The notes under the pieces: model-generated
The model's input: only the letters and a program-made list of their open reading frames with translations
What the model was told of the DNA's origin: nothing
Databases searched by the model: none
Source: Mobula hypostoma
Lineage: Eukaryota
DNA: 64,000 nucleotides
NCBI RefSeq assembly: GCF_963921235.1
Contig: NC_086097.1
Coordinates: 116,314,001-116,378,000, forward strand
Reading direction: 5' to 3'
Shown: positions 50,721 to 62,636 of the stretch, one piece after another
How positions within the stretch are numbered: the stretch's first letter is position 1
Layout: the number at the start of each line of letters is the position of its first letter
Program-made: the position numbers and the translations under genes

Positions 50721-51020
50721 TCCAGAGATATGCAATCTCGCAAGTATTAATTTCAATAGCAACCAGTCTTCAGATCTGAATACAGATTATAGTTTCAATT
50801 TAAGATGCAGCTCAGTAAAATGGTCTTCCTGAAGCTGCATTTTAGAGTAAATTGCAGACCAGGAAACACCCAATTGACCTGAGATGTCTGCATATGCATG
50901 AATGCAATCAACACCCTATTGACCTAAGATGTCTGCATACGACTCAGAGACAACAGTAATTAACATTCATTTGAGGTGTATTGGTGGGAAGACTGAAGTA
51001 TTTGAAAAATTACATGCAAA

Positions 51021-51280
51021 TGGCGTGTGCCCAAGTGCTAAGGTGTTCGTCTAATGATTTGAAGGTTGCCAGTTCGAGCCTTGGCTGAGTGGTTAAATGA
51101 GCACACATTGCTCTGCGACGACACTGGTGCCAAGCTGTATGGGTCCTAATGCCCTTCCCTTGGACAACATCGGTGGGGAGGGGAGACTGCTAGTCTTCCA
51201 TACAACCTTGTCCAGACCTGCGCCCTGGAAACCTTCCAAGGCGCAAATCCATGGTCTCACAAGACTAACGGATGCCTATA
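51021..51280 (+). mobile_element. tRNA-derived SINE of a second family
   Basis: A-box-like TGCCCAAGTGC and B-box AGTTCGAGCC; the body is unrelated to the V-SINE core. Confidence 0.6.
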
Positions 51281-51810
51281 TACATGCTCAAAAGGAGCAT
51301 AGTGAAGCGTTGTAACTATTGAACTTGTCCTGTTACCTTTGTTCTATAAACACACAAAAATGTGCTCTAATTTTGGGTCGGGGAGCCTCTCTCTCTCTCT
51401 TGCTCTCTCTCACTCACTTTCTCACTCCCTTGAGTGATTCCAGAGGCTGCCAGCTTGTGGGTATCCTGACTAAGGACTTTTCTATCTTCCAGCTGCATCT
51501 CTCCTGTGCCTTCATTCACAGTTACAACATGTACAAGCTGGACCAAAGGGCCTCTTTCCACGTCGTATGGTTCTATGACTGGAAGATTTCCACAATGGGT
51601 CAGTTAAGTTAAATACAATAGGGTGAATTTAAGTCAACTGAATTATTCTGACTAAAGGTATGCTGAATGACAAATTCTGCACAATTTATGACAAATGATA
51701 CATTCAGTATCATGCACAATATTAATCAGTCTGTGAGAATATGATAAGCATACTGAAGAACTAATAGTGGAGAGTAGCAGAGCCCTGTCATATCTCAGGA
51801 AATTAATTAC

Positions 51811-52086
51811 TGTCCATGGCTTGTCACACTTTCCAGGTAGGTAACAACAAAACTAAGTCAGCTGATTGCATCCAATCTGGAGGTCTCTTTAGTGGCTCAA
51901 ATTGCTCTGCCAATGGGTGTGAAGGTGTAAAATTGACTATGACAATCAATTTCCTAACTATCAGGTTATTTCAGCCACCTGGTTATTTTGCTGGCATTCA
52001 TTGGTGTACCAAGCCTATTTGTATTCAGCAATTGACTGATGTACTGTTCAACAATTCTGACAGATTCATCCTTTTTAGGAGGAATT
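51811..52086 (-). pseudogene. Pseudo-exon, end of REJ-like region
   Basis: Acceptor CTCTCTACTCAGTTGTCTCTCAG. TPMNASKITRWLK*...LSFVVTYLE, cf. recalled PKD1 PEPNGSATGLTVWLH...SLALVTVLNE. Four stops in frame. Confidence 0.45.
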
Positions 52087-52444
52087 CTGAGAGACAACTG
52101 AGTAGAGAGTAGAAGTTATACTTTTTGTTGCTCCTATTGGTTTCTCTAGACAGAAGTGTAGCAGTAGGTGCAATACAATTACAGCTCAGGGCATTGGAGC
52201 TCAGTGTTCAATCCCAGCATCCTCTGTAAGAAGTCTCTGTACGCTCTCTTTGTGAAGTGTGTTGCTTTTTTCTGGGTTCTCAAGTTTTCTCCCACAGTCC
52301 AAAGGACTGCATAGGTTAATTGGTCAACGTAAATTGTCCCATGATTAGGTTGGGTTAAATTGAGGTTGCTGGGGGTTGCTGGGTGACGCGGCTCAAACAA
52401 CAGGAAGAACATATTCCACGTTTGTATATCTAAATAATGTAAAT

Positions 52445-52934
52445 TGTCAGGTCGCTGGATCAGGGATCCAATCGCACACCCAGTACTGTGCACACAGTGA
52501 TATTAATAGAGTAACAAATTCCGAGGTGCAAACAAAGCCGGCGTCAAAGTTCAGGCAGAGATCAAAACATCCAGAGAAATTCAAAAACCAGAATTGGGAA
52601 TCAGGCAGAGTCAATATTCAGATAGATAGAGTACAGATACAAATGTTGGAAAGGCTCAGGAAAATTCACTGGCACAACCTGGCAATAAACAGGTGAAAAC
52701 ACAGGACTGAAATACACTGAGCAATAAACAGAGAGGCAGATGATAAGTGGAGCACAATGAGATGCAGATGGCAGCAATACAGGTAATAATGAGAAGCAGA
52801 TGAGAGACGGAGTACTTTTACAGAGGCTGGAGTAGGGCAGGAGTGAGGACAGGAGCACATAGCAATACAAAACCACTGACTCACAGCTAGAGGGAAACAC
52901 ATGAAAAGACAGAGTTCAATTGGGAGTACTGACA
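52445..52934 (-). mobile_element. Solo LTR (490 bp)
   Basis: TGTCAG...CTGACA termini, with GTAAAT on both sides (52439-52444 and 52935-52940). Strand is tentative. Confidence 0.8.
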
Positions 52935-53009
52935 GTAAATAAATAAAGCAAGGAAAACTATCTTTCCTCAGATGTCAATATCAATTGAAAATTCATTGGA
53001 AGACACAGA

Positions 53010-53580
53010 CCAGAGCAACACACACAAAATGCTGGAAGAACTCAGCAGGTCAGGCAGCATCTATGGAAATAAGTAAACAGTCAATGTTTCAGGCACAGAC
53101 CATTCTTCAGGACTGAAATAGAAGGTGGAAGACACTGGAATAAAAAGGTGGGGTAGGGGAAGGATGCTAGCTAGAAAGTGACAGGTGAAGCCAAATGGGT
53201 GGGAAGGTGAAGGGCTGGAGAAGAAGGAATCTGATAGGGGAGGAGAGTGGACCATAGGAGAAAGGGAAGGAGATGGGGATGCAGAGAAGTTTTAGGCAGG
53301 AGAGAAGAGGTAAAAGGCCAGAGTGGGGAAAGAGAGGGGAGATGGAGTGGGGGAGATTTTTTTTTAAACCAAAGGAGAAATTTATATTCATGCCATCAAG
53401 TTGGAGGCTACTCCGACAGAATACAAGATTTGGCTCCTCCACCCTGAGCGTGGCCTCATCTTGGCAAAAGAAGAGGCCATGGACCAACATGTCGGAATGG
53501 GAATGGGAATGAGTATGGGAATTAAAATGTTTGGGCACCGGGAAGTTCAGCTTTAGGCAGATGGAGCACAGCTGCTTCAC
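53010..53580 (-). mobile_element. Penelope-like element: GIY-YIG C-terminus, 3' region and hammerhead
   Basis: ORF 53167-53580 FPVPKHFNSH..SDMLVHGL..EATLRVEE..LVFC..LQLDGMNINFS. Minus strand CAGTC-CTGAAGA-ATGGTCTGTGCCT-GAAA-CA-TT-GACTG. Confidence 0.88.
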
Positions 53581-54480
53581 TTGGTCACTTTACCTTCACA
53601 GATACCCGTGGCAACGACTTCTACAGATTCACAACCCTCTGATTAAAGAAATTCTTTCTCATCTCTGTTCTAAAGGATTGTCCTTCTATTCTGAAGCTGC
53701 ACCCTCACATTGATGACATGGTGAGATGGTGGGAGGCCATTTCTAGTGGCTGGAGAGGCTGCAAATAGGGGTATAATCCCAGAATAAGGCCAAGCACATT
53801 TCCAACTACGATGGAACGTTTATTTATTCCGAGGGTTCTGATATCCCTGAATTAAAATTATAATTGCTCAGACTGGAAAAGAGGAAAGGATCAAGTTTAT
53901 TCAGCATGTACAGTACAATTATATATGTATTGTTCAGTTACTGTGGTGTGTTAGATTAATAAGCAACGAGAAACATTAACATTCAACACTATATCAAATA
54001 AAGTATCATAAAAAAATAAAGTTATACATACAAATATGGAATAAAATGTACGTATATACACAAATACCACCATGTACTTTCAAGGTAAACAGCATTATAA
54101 AAAGTAGTTTGAAGTATTTACAGGACAGTGCAGTGACTGAGGCAATAGATAGAGAGGAGAAGGGAGATAACTAGAATAGTTAATCTGATTGATTGCATGG
54201 TGGAAGAAACTTTTAAGATGGTGTGAAGTTTTTTTTGTCTGAATAGTCCTCTACTGCTTTCCAGGAAGGAGCTTTTGGGAAAGGCAGTATGCTGGGCGGG
54301 TAGTGTCAGCTATAATTTTATCTGCCTACTTCTTTGTTCTGAACTCAAAGTGAAGGGTGAATAAAATAGCGTGTTAAAAAAAGAGCAGCTGGCACAAATT
54401 AGTAGGCCTGAACATTGGTTCATTTACCACTCTTGGGCTTCAATGCTTTAAACCAGCCTGAAGTCTGCCCCAGTGCTTAC

Positions 54481-54642
54481 TCTTCACTAAACCATCATTA
54501 GTAGTATCAGTAACTAGAAACTGAAACTTGTAGACATTAACATTTTAAGTGGAATTTACCAGAAAAATCACAAAGAAAGAATTCACTTTTTATTCACTTC
54601 ATTGAGAATTTCATAAGCAAAGCTGTTGGCTTAGGTGTCACC
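54481..54642 (-). pseudogene. Pseudo-exon, REJ-domain-like
   Basis: AAAG/ and /GTAAGC borders. VTPKPTALLMKFSMK*, then (shifted) NVYKFQFLV, cf. recalled PKD1 LFPLGAVHALTTKVHFEC..PLVYALLL. Confidence 0.45.
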
Positions 54643-55740
54643 CTTTATAAATCAACTGATTTACTAAACTGCGAATGTCGTGATGCTTTGTTCCAAAATC
54701 TATTCTCAATTGAAAAAAAATCAAAGAATAACAACAGACTCAGGAAATCTGCAATTAAAAAAAAACGGAATGTTCTGGAAAAACTATCAAACAGCATCAG
54801 AAAGAGAAGCAGATTCAATGTTTCAGATTTCAGACCCTTCATCAGAAGTGGAAGAAGGGAAGACAAAAGTTAACTTTCAGTAGCAAAGCAAGCGGAGTAG
54901 GGACAAGGAAATAAATCATTTCCCTAATAGGGTGAGACCAAATGTACTATTGTGGCAGGTAGAATCAGATTTTGCTGCTTTGTCTGTGTGGTCTGTTGCT
55001 GACAACAAGCCTGTGGGGCATAACCAGCAGGCCAGACAATACTAATAGAAAGAGAAAATAAAAAGAGCAAAAACCACACATGGATGATTGGCAGAAATGG
55101 CTGGTTTTGATATAAGCAGAACAAAAGAAAGACTGAGTCTGGTATGCTGCAATGTGCCAAGATGGAAGATGAATTGCTCTTCCTCAGACTTCCTTTGAAT
55201 TTCACTCAAAGCTCACAGAAAGATGGATCAGAATGGGAGGGGAATGGGAAAATAAAATGATAGGCAATCAGAAGCACAAGGTCACTTCTGAACAGAGTTG
55301 CTTTTCCAAGTCTTCACCAAAATGTTTGCTTCCTTCGCAGCACAGGCCATATTGTGAAACGTAAAGAGTACAGTGGGCTGAAAGAAGTGCAACTGAATTG
55401 TGGCCTCACCTAGAAGAACTGTTTGAATTCTAGAAAGGGAGGAGGTACAAGGAAAGGTGCTGAGTCTCTTACATCTTCTCTCCATTTGTGACATTAGGCC
55501 ACATCTGTTTGACCCGTTATAGGAAGGATGTACGAGAAAACAAGGCAGACTACTCATACTGATACTGATCCTGGCTCCAGTGAAAACACAAAATCATTGA
55601 AATATTTGGAACAGGAATGTTATTCATGCCCAGGATGGCTGTATGCTGTTTAATAGAGCAGAGACAGAATAAGACAGCTGCTCAAAGTTCCATCTCCCTA
55701 AGGTGCTATTAAGTCACCATGCAAGATGTTGCTCTATCTG

Positions 55741-56690
55741 TGTCAGGAAATGTAGAGGAAGCTTGAATTGAAAGTATAGCTGAGGAAATGAATTAGCAGT
55801 AAATGATATTTTACTAATAAACTGCAAAATAATGCTACAAGGACCCACCAAACAGAAGGGAACAGACAATTAAAGGACAAGGCAACAAGGTAAATGAAGG
55901 CTGGATGCAACTGCTTGAGGCCAGCTGGTTCAATGAATGAATGAAGAACATTGGACAAAGTTTAAAAAGGCTGCAAGTGATGAGTTAGAAAATGAGCAGC
56001 AGGTGACTCCTGTTTGCTGGGTGGAGACTGGGAGGTGACTGTCTTTGCAGGCCTAACAGGACCCCTCATCCAGCAGCCAGCAGAACGAGCTGGATAGGTC
56101 CGATGGAACTCCTTGATATGCGTTGAATCCAAGCTGAAATAGGATGGCACCCGAGACCTCACGCCCAGGCCGTGACCTTCCCAGTCATCCAGGTACTGCA
56201 CACCCCATCCACAATGATGTATCCATCAACTGGCGGACCATGTACACTGGACCATCTTCCACCAACATTGGTTCTGAAAGATGCAAGCTTAGGTAGGTTG
56301 ACAGGTCCATGGACAATGGGCTTGATGCAGGACATGTAGGTGTGATCCTGAGAGATGGTCGCAGCTGGAGATGCTAGGTAACAAGGTTGATGCAATGGGT
56401 AGTTTTAAAGGGACCAAAGAACTGAGGCAAGAGCTTGTGGGTGTCAATGCGATGGGACAGATCTCAGGTGAACAGCCAGATGAGTACCCAGGAAGGAGTA
56501 TTCTGCCAAAGTGGCAATGGCAGTAGGCCTAGCAGCAGTAGGCATGACTGGTAGCTATGATGGCTCTCCATCGTCAAGACTGGCGTTGGCAATGTCGGAA
56601 CCCAGGTGGAGAAGAAAGACAGACTCCGATGTAGAGATACCAACCAGAGTTTATCCAACAGAACATAGGAGGCTCAGCTGAACGGCACAG
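55741..56690 (-). mobile_element. Chromovirus Gypsy 3' end: integrase GPF/Y region, chromodomain, PPT and LTR (56058-55741)
   Basis: IWLFT*DL..KLLPQFFGPFK..INLVT*HLQL and QYLDDWEGHG..RSRVP..LDSTHIKEFH. GGATGAGGGGTCC is followed by TGTTAGG...CCTGACA. Confidence 0.85.
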
Positions 56691-57619
56691 TGAGGCTTAT
56701 CATTCTCAAATCTAGGATCCCATGACTAGCACCAATTGGGTGTCTGCTTAAATAACACAACTAACAAGGAATCCTCAAGGAACTCCAAATGCTTCCAGTT
56801 TAAGATTACACTGGTTATGCCCAGCAACTACTTATTGGCAGCAAAAAAAAATAAAGCAAAGAAAGCTACTGAATACCTTATTAATAACACTTTATTAATA
56901 ATGATCATTGTTAACAACAGAGAGGAGAGCGGTGGCAGTTGTGGGGGTGCAGGGAAGGCCTGGTCACGGTAAGTGAAGGTGGAGACAGGATTGAAGCAGA
57001 GTTAAGGCAGAGTTGTGGCATCCCCAAGAGTGAGGTAAGTCCTAACATCGATTTAAGTGCAAGTCCGAAGTGGAAAGTTCAGGTATGAGGAACAGAGGTC
57101 CAAGAGACAAGAACAATCTGATTTTGGGATGATTTAAGCAGATTGAAAAGGTCAGGGTGTTGGGATGGGTGGTGAGGCGAGGACTGGTTCTGCCCAGTTC
57201 TGTTCGCTGCTCCACAATGTTTTTCTCAACTCCGTGCTGAACTGAGGCTGTGTCCCACTACAACTGCAGTGATGCTTGGCATTGCATTTGTGGTCTCACA
57301 ACGTTCATTTGGCTCTATGATGAACTGAGGCTGTGCCCACTACAACTGCAGTGATGCCTGGCTTTGTGTCTTTCTAAACTTCAGTTCTGAAGCTGTTTGC
57401 TTATTTTTTTGTTTACATGATTTGTTATTTCTCTCTCTCTCTCTGTGCATATTTGGGTGTTTGGCAGTCTTTTCTAATGGGTTTGTTTGAGGATTCTTTG
57501 TTCTGTGGCTGCCTGTAAGGAGACAAATCTCAAGGTTGTATACTGTATACGTACTTTTAACTTTGAATTTTGAACTTTGAAATGATTAATGGCTCTCATT
57601 AAACAACAATTAACCAATT

Positions 57620-58130
57620 AATGTGCTCTGAAAACCTTGGAGCCCAATGCTCTTTCACTTCCAAACAACCCCAAAGAGGTCATTACACTAACTCCTCCCC
57701 ATGGTTGGCATCTGATGGCCAGGGAGACCAGAAAACTCAAGAGAAACATGGGAGCTTGAGAAAGAATGGGGAACTTGAGAGAGAATGGGGAACTCGGAGA
57801 CACCTGGGAATTCAAGAGAGAACAGGGAACTCAGCGAGACTTGGAAATCCGAGAAAGAACGGGGAACTGTAGAAAGACCTGGAAATCTTGAGAGGTACTT
57901 GGAAAACCTCAAGAAGGATTTGGGAACCTCAAGAAAGACTTGATAACCTCAAGACAGGGAGAACATAACAAAAACCTTGAAAAATTTGAAGAAGCCTTGG
58001 AAACACTGAATAAACATCAGAAGCATTGAAAAACCTCAGAAACTTTGAATAGTCCTCAGAAACCTAGAAGGCCATGGAAAAACCTAGAGAACCTAATTGA
58101 CCTTGAAAACCCTGGTGAACTTGGAGGACA
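57620..58130 (-). repeat. Degenerate purine-rich short tandem region, probably internal to an LTR element (continues ~59600-59800)
   Basis: Recurrent GAGAAAGAATGGGGAACTT / GACTTGGAAA units; the opposite-strand texture resembles 18190-18370. Confidence 0.45.
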
Positions 58131-58311
58131 AACAAGAGAAAATCTGCAGATGCAGGAAATCAAAGCAACATACACAAAGTGTAGTCCTGCCAAAGAGTCT
58201 TGTCCTGAAATGTCAACTGTACTCTTTTCCATCAATGTTGCCTGGCCTGCTGTGTTCCTCCAGCATGTTATGTGTGTTGCTTGAACTTTGAGTACCTTGA
58301 GAACTGGGGAT

Positions 58312-59600
58312 GTCTAGACCTTATACTTTATTGTCGCCAAACAATTGATACTAGAGCGTACAATCATCACGGTGATATTTGGTTCTGCGCTTCGCACTCC
58401 CTGGAGTACAAGTCAATAATAAAAATTTAAATTATAAACCATAAATAGAAAATAGAAAAGGGAAAGTAAGGTAGTGCAAAAAGAAGAGAGGCAGGTCCAG
58501 ATATTTGGAGGGTATGGCCCTGATCCAGGTCAGGATCCGTTCAGCAGTCTTAGCACAAATGGAAAGAAGCTGTTCCCAAATCTGGCCGTATGAGTCTTCA
58601 AGCTCCTGAGCCTTCTCCCAGAGGGAAGAGGGACAATAAGTGTGTTGGCTGGGTGGGTCGTGTCCTTGATTATCCTGGCAGCACCACTCCGATAGCGTGC
58701 GGTGTAAAGTGAGTCCAAGGATGGAAGATTGGTTTGTGTGATATGCTGGGCTGTGTTCACAATCTTCTGCAGCTTCTTCCGGTCTTGGACAGGACAACTT
58801 CCATACCAGGTTGTGATGCACCCTAGAAGAATGCTTTCTATGGTGCATCTATAAAAATTAGTGAGGGTTTTAGGGGTCAGGCCATATTTCTTTAGCTTTC
58901 TCAGGAAGTAAAGGTGCTGGTGGGCCTTCTTGGCAGTGGACTCTGCTTGGTTGGACGAAGTCAAGTCATTTGTGATATTGACCCCAAGGAACTTAAAGCT
59001 TTTGACCTGTTCCACTTGCACACCACCGATATAAGTGGGATCATGTGGTCCACTACTGTTTCTGAAGTCAACAACCAATTCCTTCGTCTTGCTGACGTTG
59101 AGGGATAGGTTATTGTCTTCGCACCATGCCATCAGGTTCTTAATTTCCTCTCTGTACTCAAACTCATCATTACCCAACATATGGCCTACAATTGTTGTGT
59201 CATCAGCAAACTTATATATTGAGTTTGATAGGAACTTGGCTACACAATCATAGGTGTACAGTGAGTACAACAGAGGGCTGAGTACACAGCCTTGTGGGGC
59301 ACCGGTGCTCAGAGTGATTGTAGAGGAGAGCTTGTCCCCTATTTTTACAGCCTGGGTCCTGTCTGTGAGGAAGTTGAAGATCCAGCTGCAGACCTGAGTG
59401 CTAACGCTTAGGTTCTGGAGCTTAGGAATCAGTTTATTTGGAATGATGGTATTAAAGGCAGAACTGTAGACAGTGAAAAGGAGCCTTACATATGCGTATT
59501 TATTCTCCAGCTGTTCTAAGGAGGAATGTAGGGCCAGAGAGATGGCATCCACCGTTGACCTGTTGCTCTGGTAGGCAAATTGCCGTGTCGAGGTTGACCT
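58312..59600 (-). mobile_element. Young Rex1/Babar LINE, 5'-truncated, with an open 340-aa RT C-terminal frame
   Basis: ORF 58530-59552: [62 protein letters not shown] tail. Confidence 0.95.
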
Positions 59601-59999
59601 TGAAATATCCTTAAAAATAGGCTAGAGAACATTGGAATCTGGACTTGAGAAACTCTGAACGTTGTCAAGAAAATTTCAGAAAGTGGACTTGGAAGGTGGA
59701 CTTGAGAAATGTGGAACATATACTAGAACCATGCAGAATGTAGACTACAGACATTATGAATGTAAACTTGTGAATCTCGGAATGTGGACTTGAGAATCAA
59801 TGGCATTCTCACCTATAGATGACTGATGTCAAATCACCACTGTTCAACCTCTGCTGGATACATGTCTTGGTGGAATCACTCTGTCATGGTGCGTGCTGGC
59901 AAATGTCAGAACCCAAGTGCAGAGGAAAGACAGGCTCCAAAGTAGAAACAGCAGCCAGAGTTTATATAGTCAACGTCGAACAGAATTCCAACAGGTGGC

Positions 60000-61610
60000 T
60001 CAGCCAAGCAACACTGTGAGACGTAATAGTGGGGACAGGGATGGGCGAATGAAGCCTTGTTGTAGTACTTTGACAATATCGTCACTCATGGCTTGGGGCT
60101 CAGGAGAGGAGAGGGAGAACAAAGGACCTTAGGAGCAGTGGTACCCAGGAGGACGTGGATTACGCAGTTGTGTGGTCTGTCAGGCGGCAGGGCACTGGCT
60201 TTCTTTTTACTGAAGGCAATGGCTAAGTCGTGGTATTCTTGTGGGAGTTTGGTGAGGTCGAGAGTTCCTCTGTCTCCATGGATTAATGAGGTGATGACAG
60301 ATGAGGTTGTAGGCAGGTGGACCAGCAGGAGGGTCCCCAGCTCAGCAATGAAGCAGATAAACAGGCAAAGTGATGGCTGACAGTGATGATCCAGGGGCAA
60401 CCCAAAATGAGAAGAGTGTTGGGTGAGTCGTTAAGGGGGATTTAGATGGGTTCGCCATTCTCTGCAATGCTCTGTGCATAGGCCTTGTGCGTGCTCTAAC
60501 CAAGCCAGACCCCAAGGGATGCCTGTCGATGGCCGTGGTGTGGAAAGGGTGAGAGATAGACTCAGAAGGGAATCCAGGCTGCACATACAGATTCCGGGCC
60601 AGGAAGTTGCCTGCTGCGCTGCAAACCACCAGAGCTTCCTGTACACGCAGGACAGGGAGAGTGAGCTGGGCTATGGTGCTGGCATGAGAGGCTGTGGGTA
60701 GCTTACCAGATAGAAGGCCCCTCGCCTCTACCTAGAGGTGCCATTTTCCCGGATGCAGTGGGCATTTGATGCGTGGGTGCATCAGCGGCTCTGCAGTAAG
60801 CACACAAGTTCTTCCTCAAACAAAACTCACACTCTTGGGGAGTGAAGGGAGTTCTCCATAATGGCATGGGTTCTGGAGTGTTGATAATGAGGGTCCTACA
60901 GCCTGAAATAGTTCTGTGAATGAACCTGGGGTTCTGGATGATGACCGGGAGTGTTGTTGCATATCAATTCAGAAGGCCAGAGAGATGAGGTTTTCAAGTC
61001 CAGTGGGCATCTCAAAAGTTGACGGCTCACCTTTCAAGTGTTCCAGGAGTCTGTGACGATAATGGGCCAGCAAGACCTCCACATTCCAGCCATAGTCCAC
61101 TGCGAGGGTCCTGAATCCACAGAGAAATCCAGCTCCGAGTGTGAGCCCTAATGCAGGCCAAGTATCTGTTCCACTGCCTCCCTTCCTCTTCCCAACACAC
61201 CTCAGCAAAGAATTCTTCATATTTACTGCAAATGATAGTTTTGTTATCCCATTTAGCGGCAGACCAGGTCAGAGCTCGCTCAGTCAGGAGAGAGATGACA
61301 AAAGCAATTCTGACAGAGTCCGTAACATACAGAGATGGCTGGAGACTCGGAGTGTGAGACGCACTGGGAGAGGGAGTTGTAACATCAGGTTGGGAATCCA
61401 TTGAAGCTTTCAGGCACTGAAATCTAGAGCTCTGAAGAAGGAGGTTGACTGGTGTGACGTTGCGATACTGAGACAAAAAGTTGGTGGACAGAGATGAGCA
61501 GATGGTCAATGGTTTCCTGTTGCTTTGGGATTGTGTGCTCCTGTGGATGGACAACTTCCTTCAGGCAAGCATACTCTGCTGGGTCAATCACTGGTTTTCT
61601 CATCCTGTCA
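60000..61610 (-). mobile_element. Sushi-type Ty3/Gypsy remnant: gag, zinc knuckle, protease, start of RT
   Basis: QPSLYVTDSVRIAFVISLLTERALTW, FRTLAVDYGWN, LCAYC (~60790-60810), (D)SAAGNF-like and LPQEYHDLAIAFSKKKASALPP. LTR-end-like TGACA at 61610-61606. Confidence 0.88.
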
Positions 61611-61909
61611 GAAAATGTAGAGGAGCTTTGAACCAAAAGCAGAGCAGTGGAGTCCATAAGACCATAAGATATAGGGGCAGAATTAGGCCATTTGGCTCAC
61701 TGCATCTCCTCTGCAGATGATTGAGCAGTCAACAATAACTTTAATAATAGACTGCAAAATGACAGGCCATGAGGGGTGACAAAACAAGAGAGAACAGGTA
61801 GTTAAAAGGCAATAAGGTAACTGAAGGCTACAAGAAGCTCGCTGAGGTTGGCCGTTTTGATGGTGGACAACGGATTGTGGATGAGAGCTGGGTTCAAGGT
61901 TCAAGAGGA

Positions 61910-62636
61910 TTTGATGAATACACTACGGTTGTTACAGACTTCATAAAAACATTTGCAAATGAGTGTGTCTGCAGAAAATCATTTAGACTCTTCACCAACC
62001 AGAAGCATTCAGGTCTGGCAACCAAGTGAAATGCAAGAGATCTAGGTATGAACACCAGAAAGCCATTTCATGTGCAAAGTGGCAATTCCAGACCACACAT
62101 GAATCACTCAAGGATGGCTGCCCGCTGTGAGAGGGCGAGAATGTTATCACCTCCCACAAAGTGAAACCAAGCAACACAGATAACAACAAGGCTTTCGCAC
62201 CCGGATGAGCTCAATTCATTTTATGCTCACTTTGGCCATCAAAAGTCGGAGGCACCTTCACAAACTCCCACAGCCCCCAATAATCCTGTAATTTCAGTCT
62301 CTGAGACTGACGTGGGAGCATCCCACAGTGGGGAGAACCCATGGAAAGCATCCAATCCAGACAGGGCACTTGTCCGGGTATTAAAGACCTGTGCTGATCA
62401 ATTAGCTGGAGTGTTCACCGATATTTTTAACCTCCCGCTTCAGCAGTTTGAGGTACCCACCTGCTTCAAGCAGACTTCAATTATGCCAGTACCTAAGAAG
62501 AACGTGGTAATCTGCCTCAATGACGATCATCCAACCGCTCTGCGATGAAGTGATTTTTCAGCCTAGTGATGAAACATATGAACTCCTCCCTGAGAAGCGA
62601 CTTGAATCCGCTGCAATTTGCCTACCATCACAACAG
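61910..62636 (+). mobile_element. Rex1/Babar middle fragment
   Basis: NQKH.., LKTCADQLAGVFTDIFNL..PTCFKQTSIMPVPKK..LNPLQFAYH. Confidence 0.85.

Larger units (their letters stand above)
11626..55740 (-). pseudogene. Putative decayed polycystin-1 family (PKD1-like) pseudogene, multi-exon remnants
   Basis: About ten unique islands, most with AG/GT-like borders, translate on the minus strand into segments resembling human PKD1 (recalled from memory) in correct domain order. Nearly all contain stops or frameshifts. The outer limits are uncertain. Confidence 0.6.

Noticed and set aside
50865..50945. Small tandem duplication (ACACCC.ATTGACCT.AGATGTCTGCATA x2); a similar one at 57238-57365
   Set aside because: Ordinary local slippage duplications with no further structure.
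51021..51090. tRNA gene
   Set aside because: Degenerate cloverleaf continuing into a SINE body; a SINE head, not a tRNA.
56700..56850. Possible additional REJ-like pseudo-exon (VVAGHNQCNLKLE..)
   Set aside because: Many stops, very weak similarity, and it could be decayed Gypsy sequence.
61027..61554. Domesticated PEG10/RTL-like gag gene
   Set aside because: Gag is split across frames and the zinc knuckle and protease motifs are damaged.
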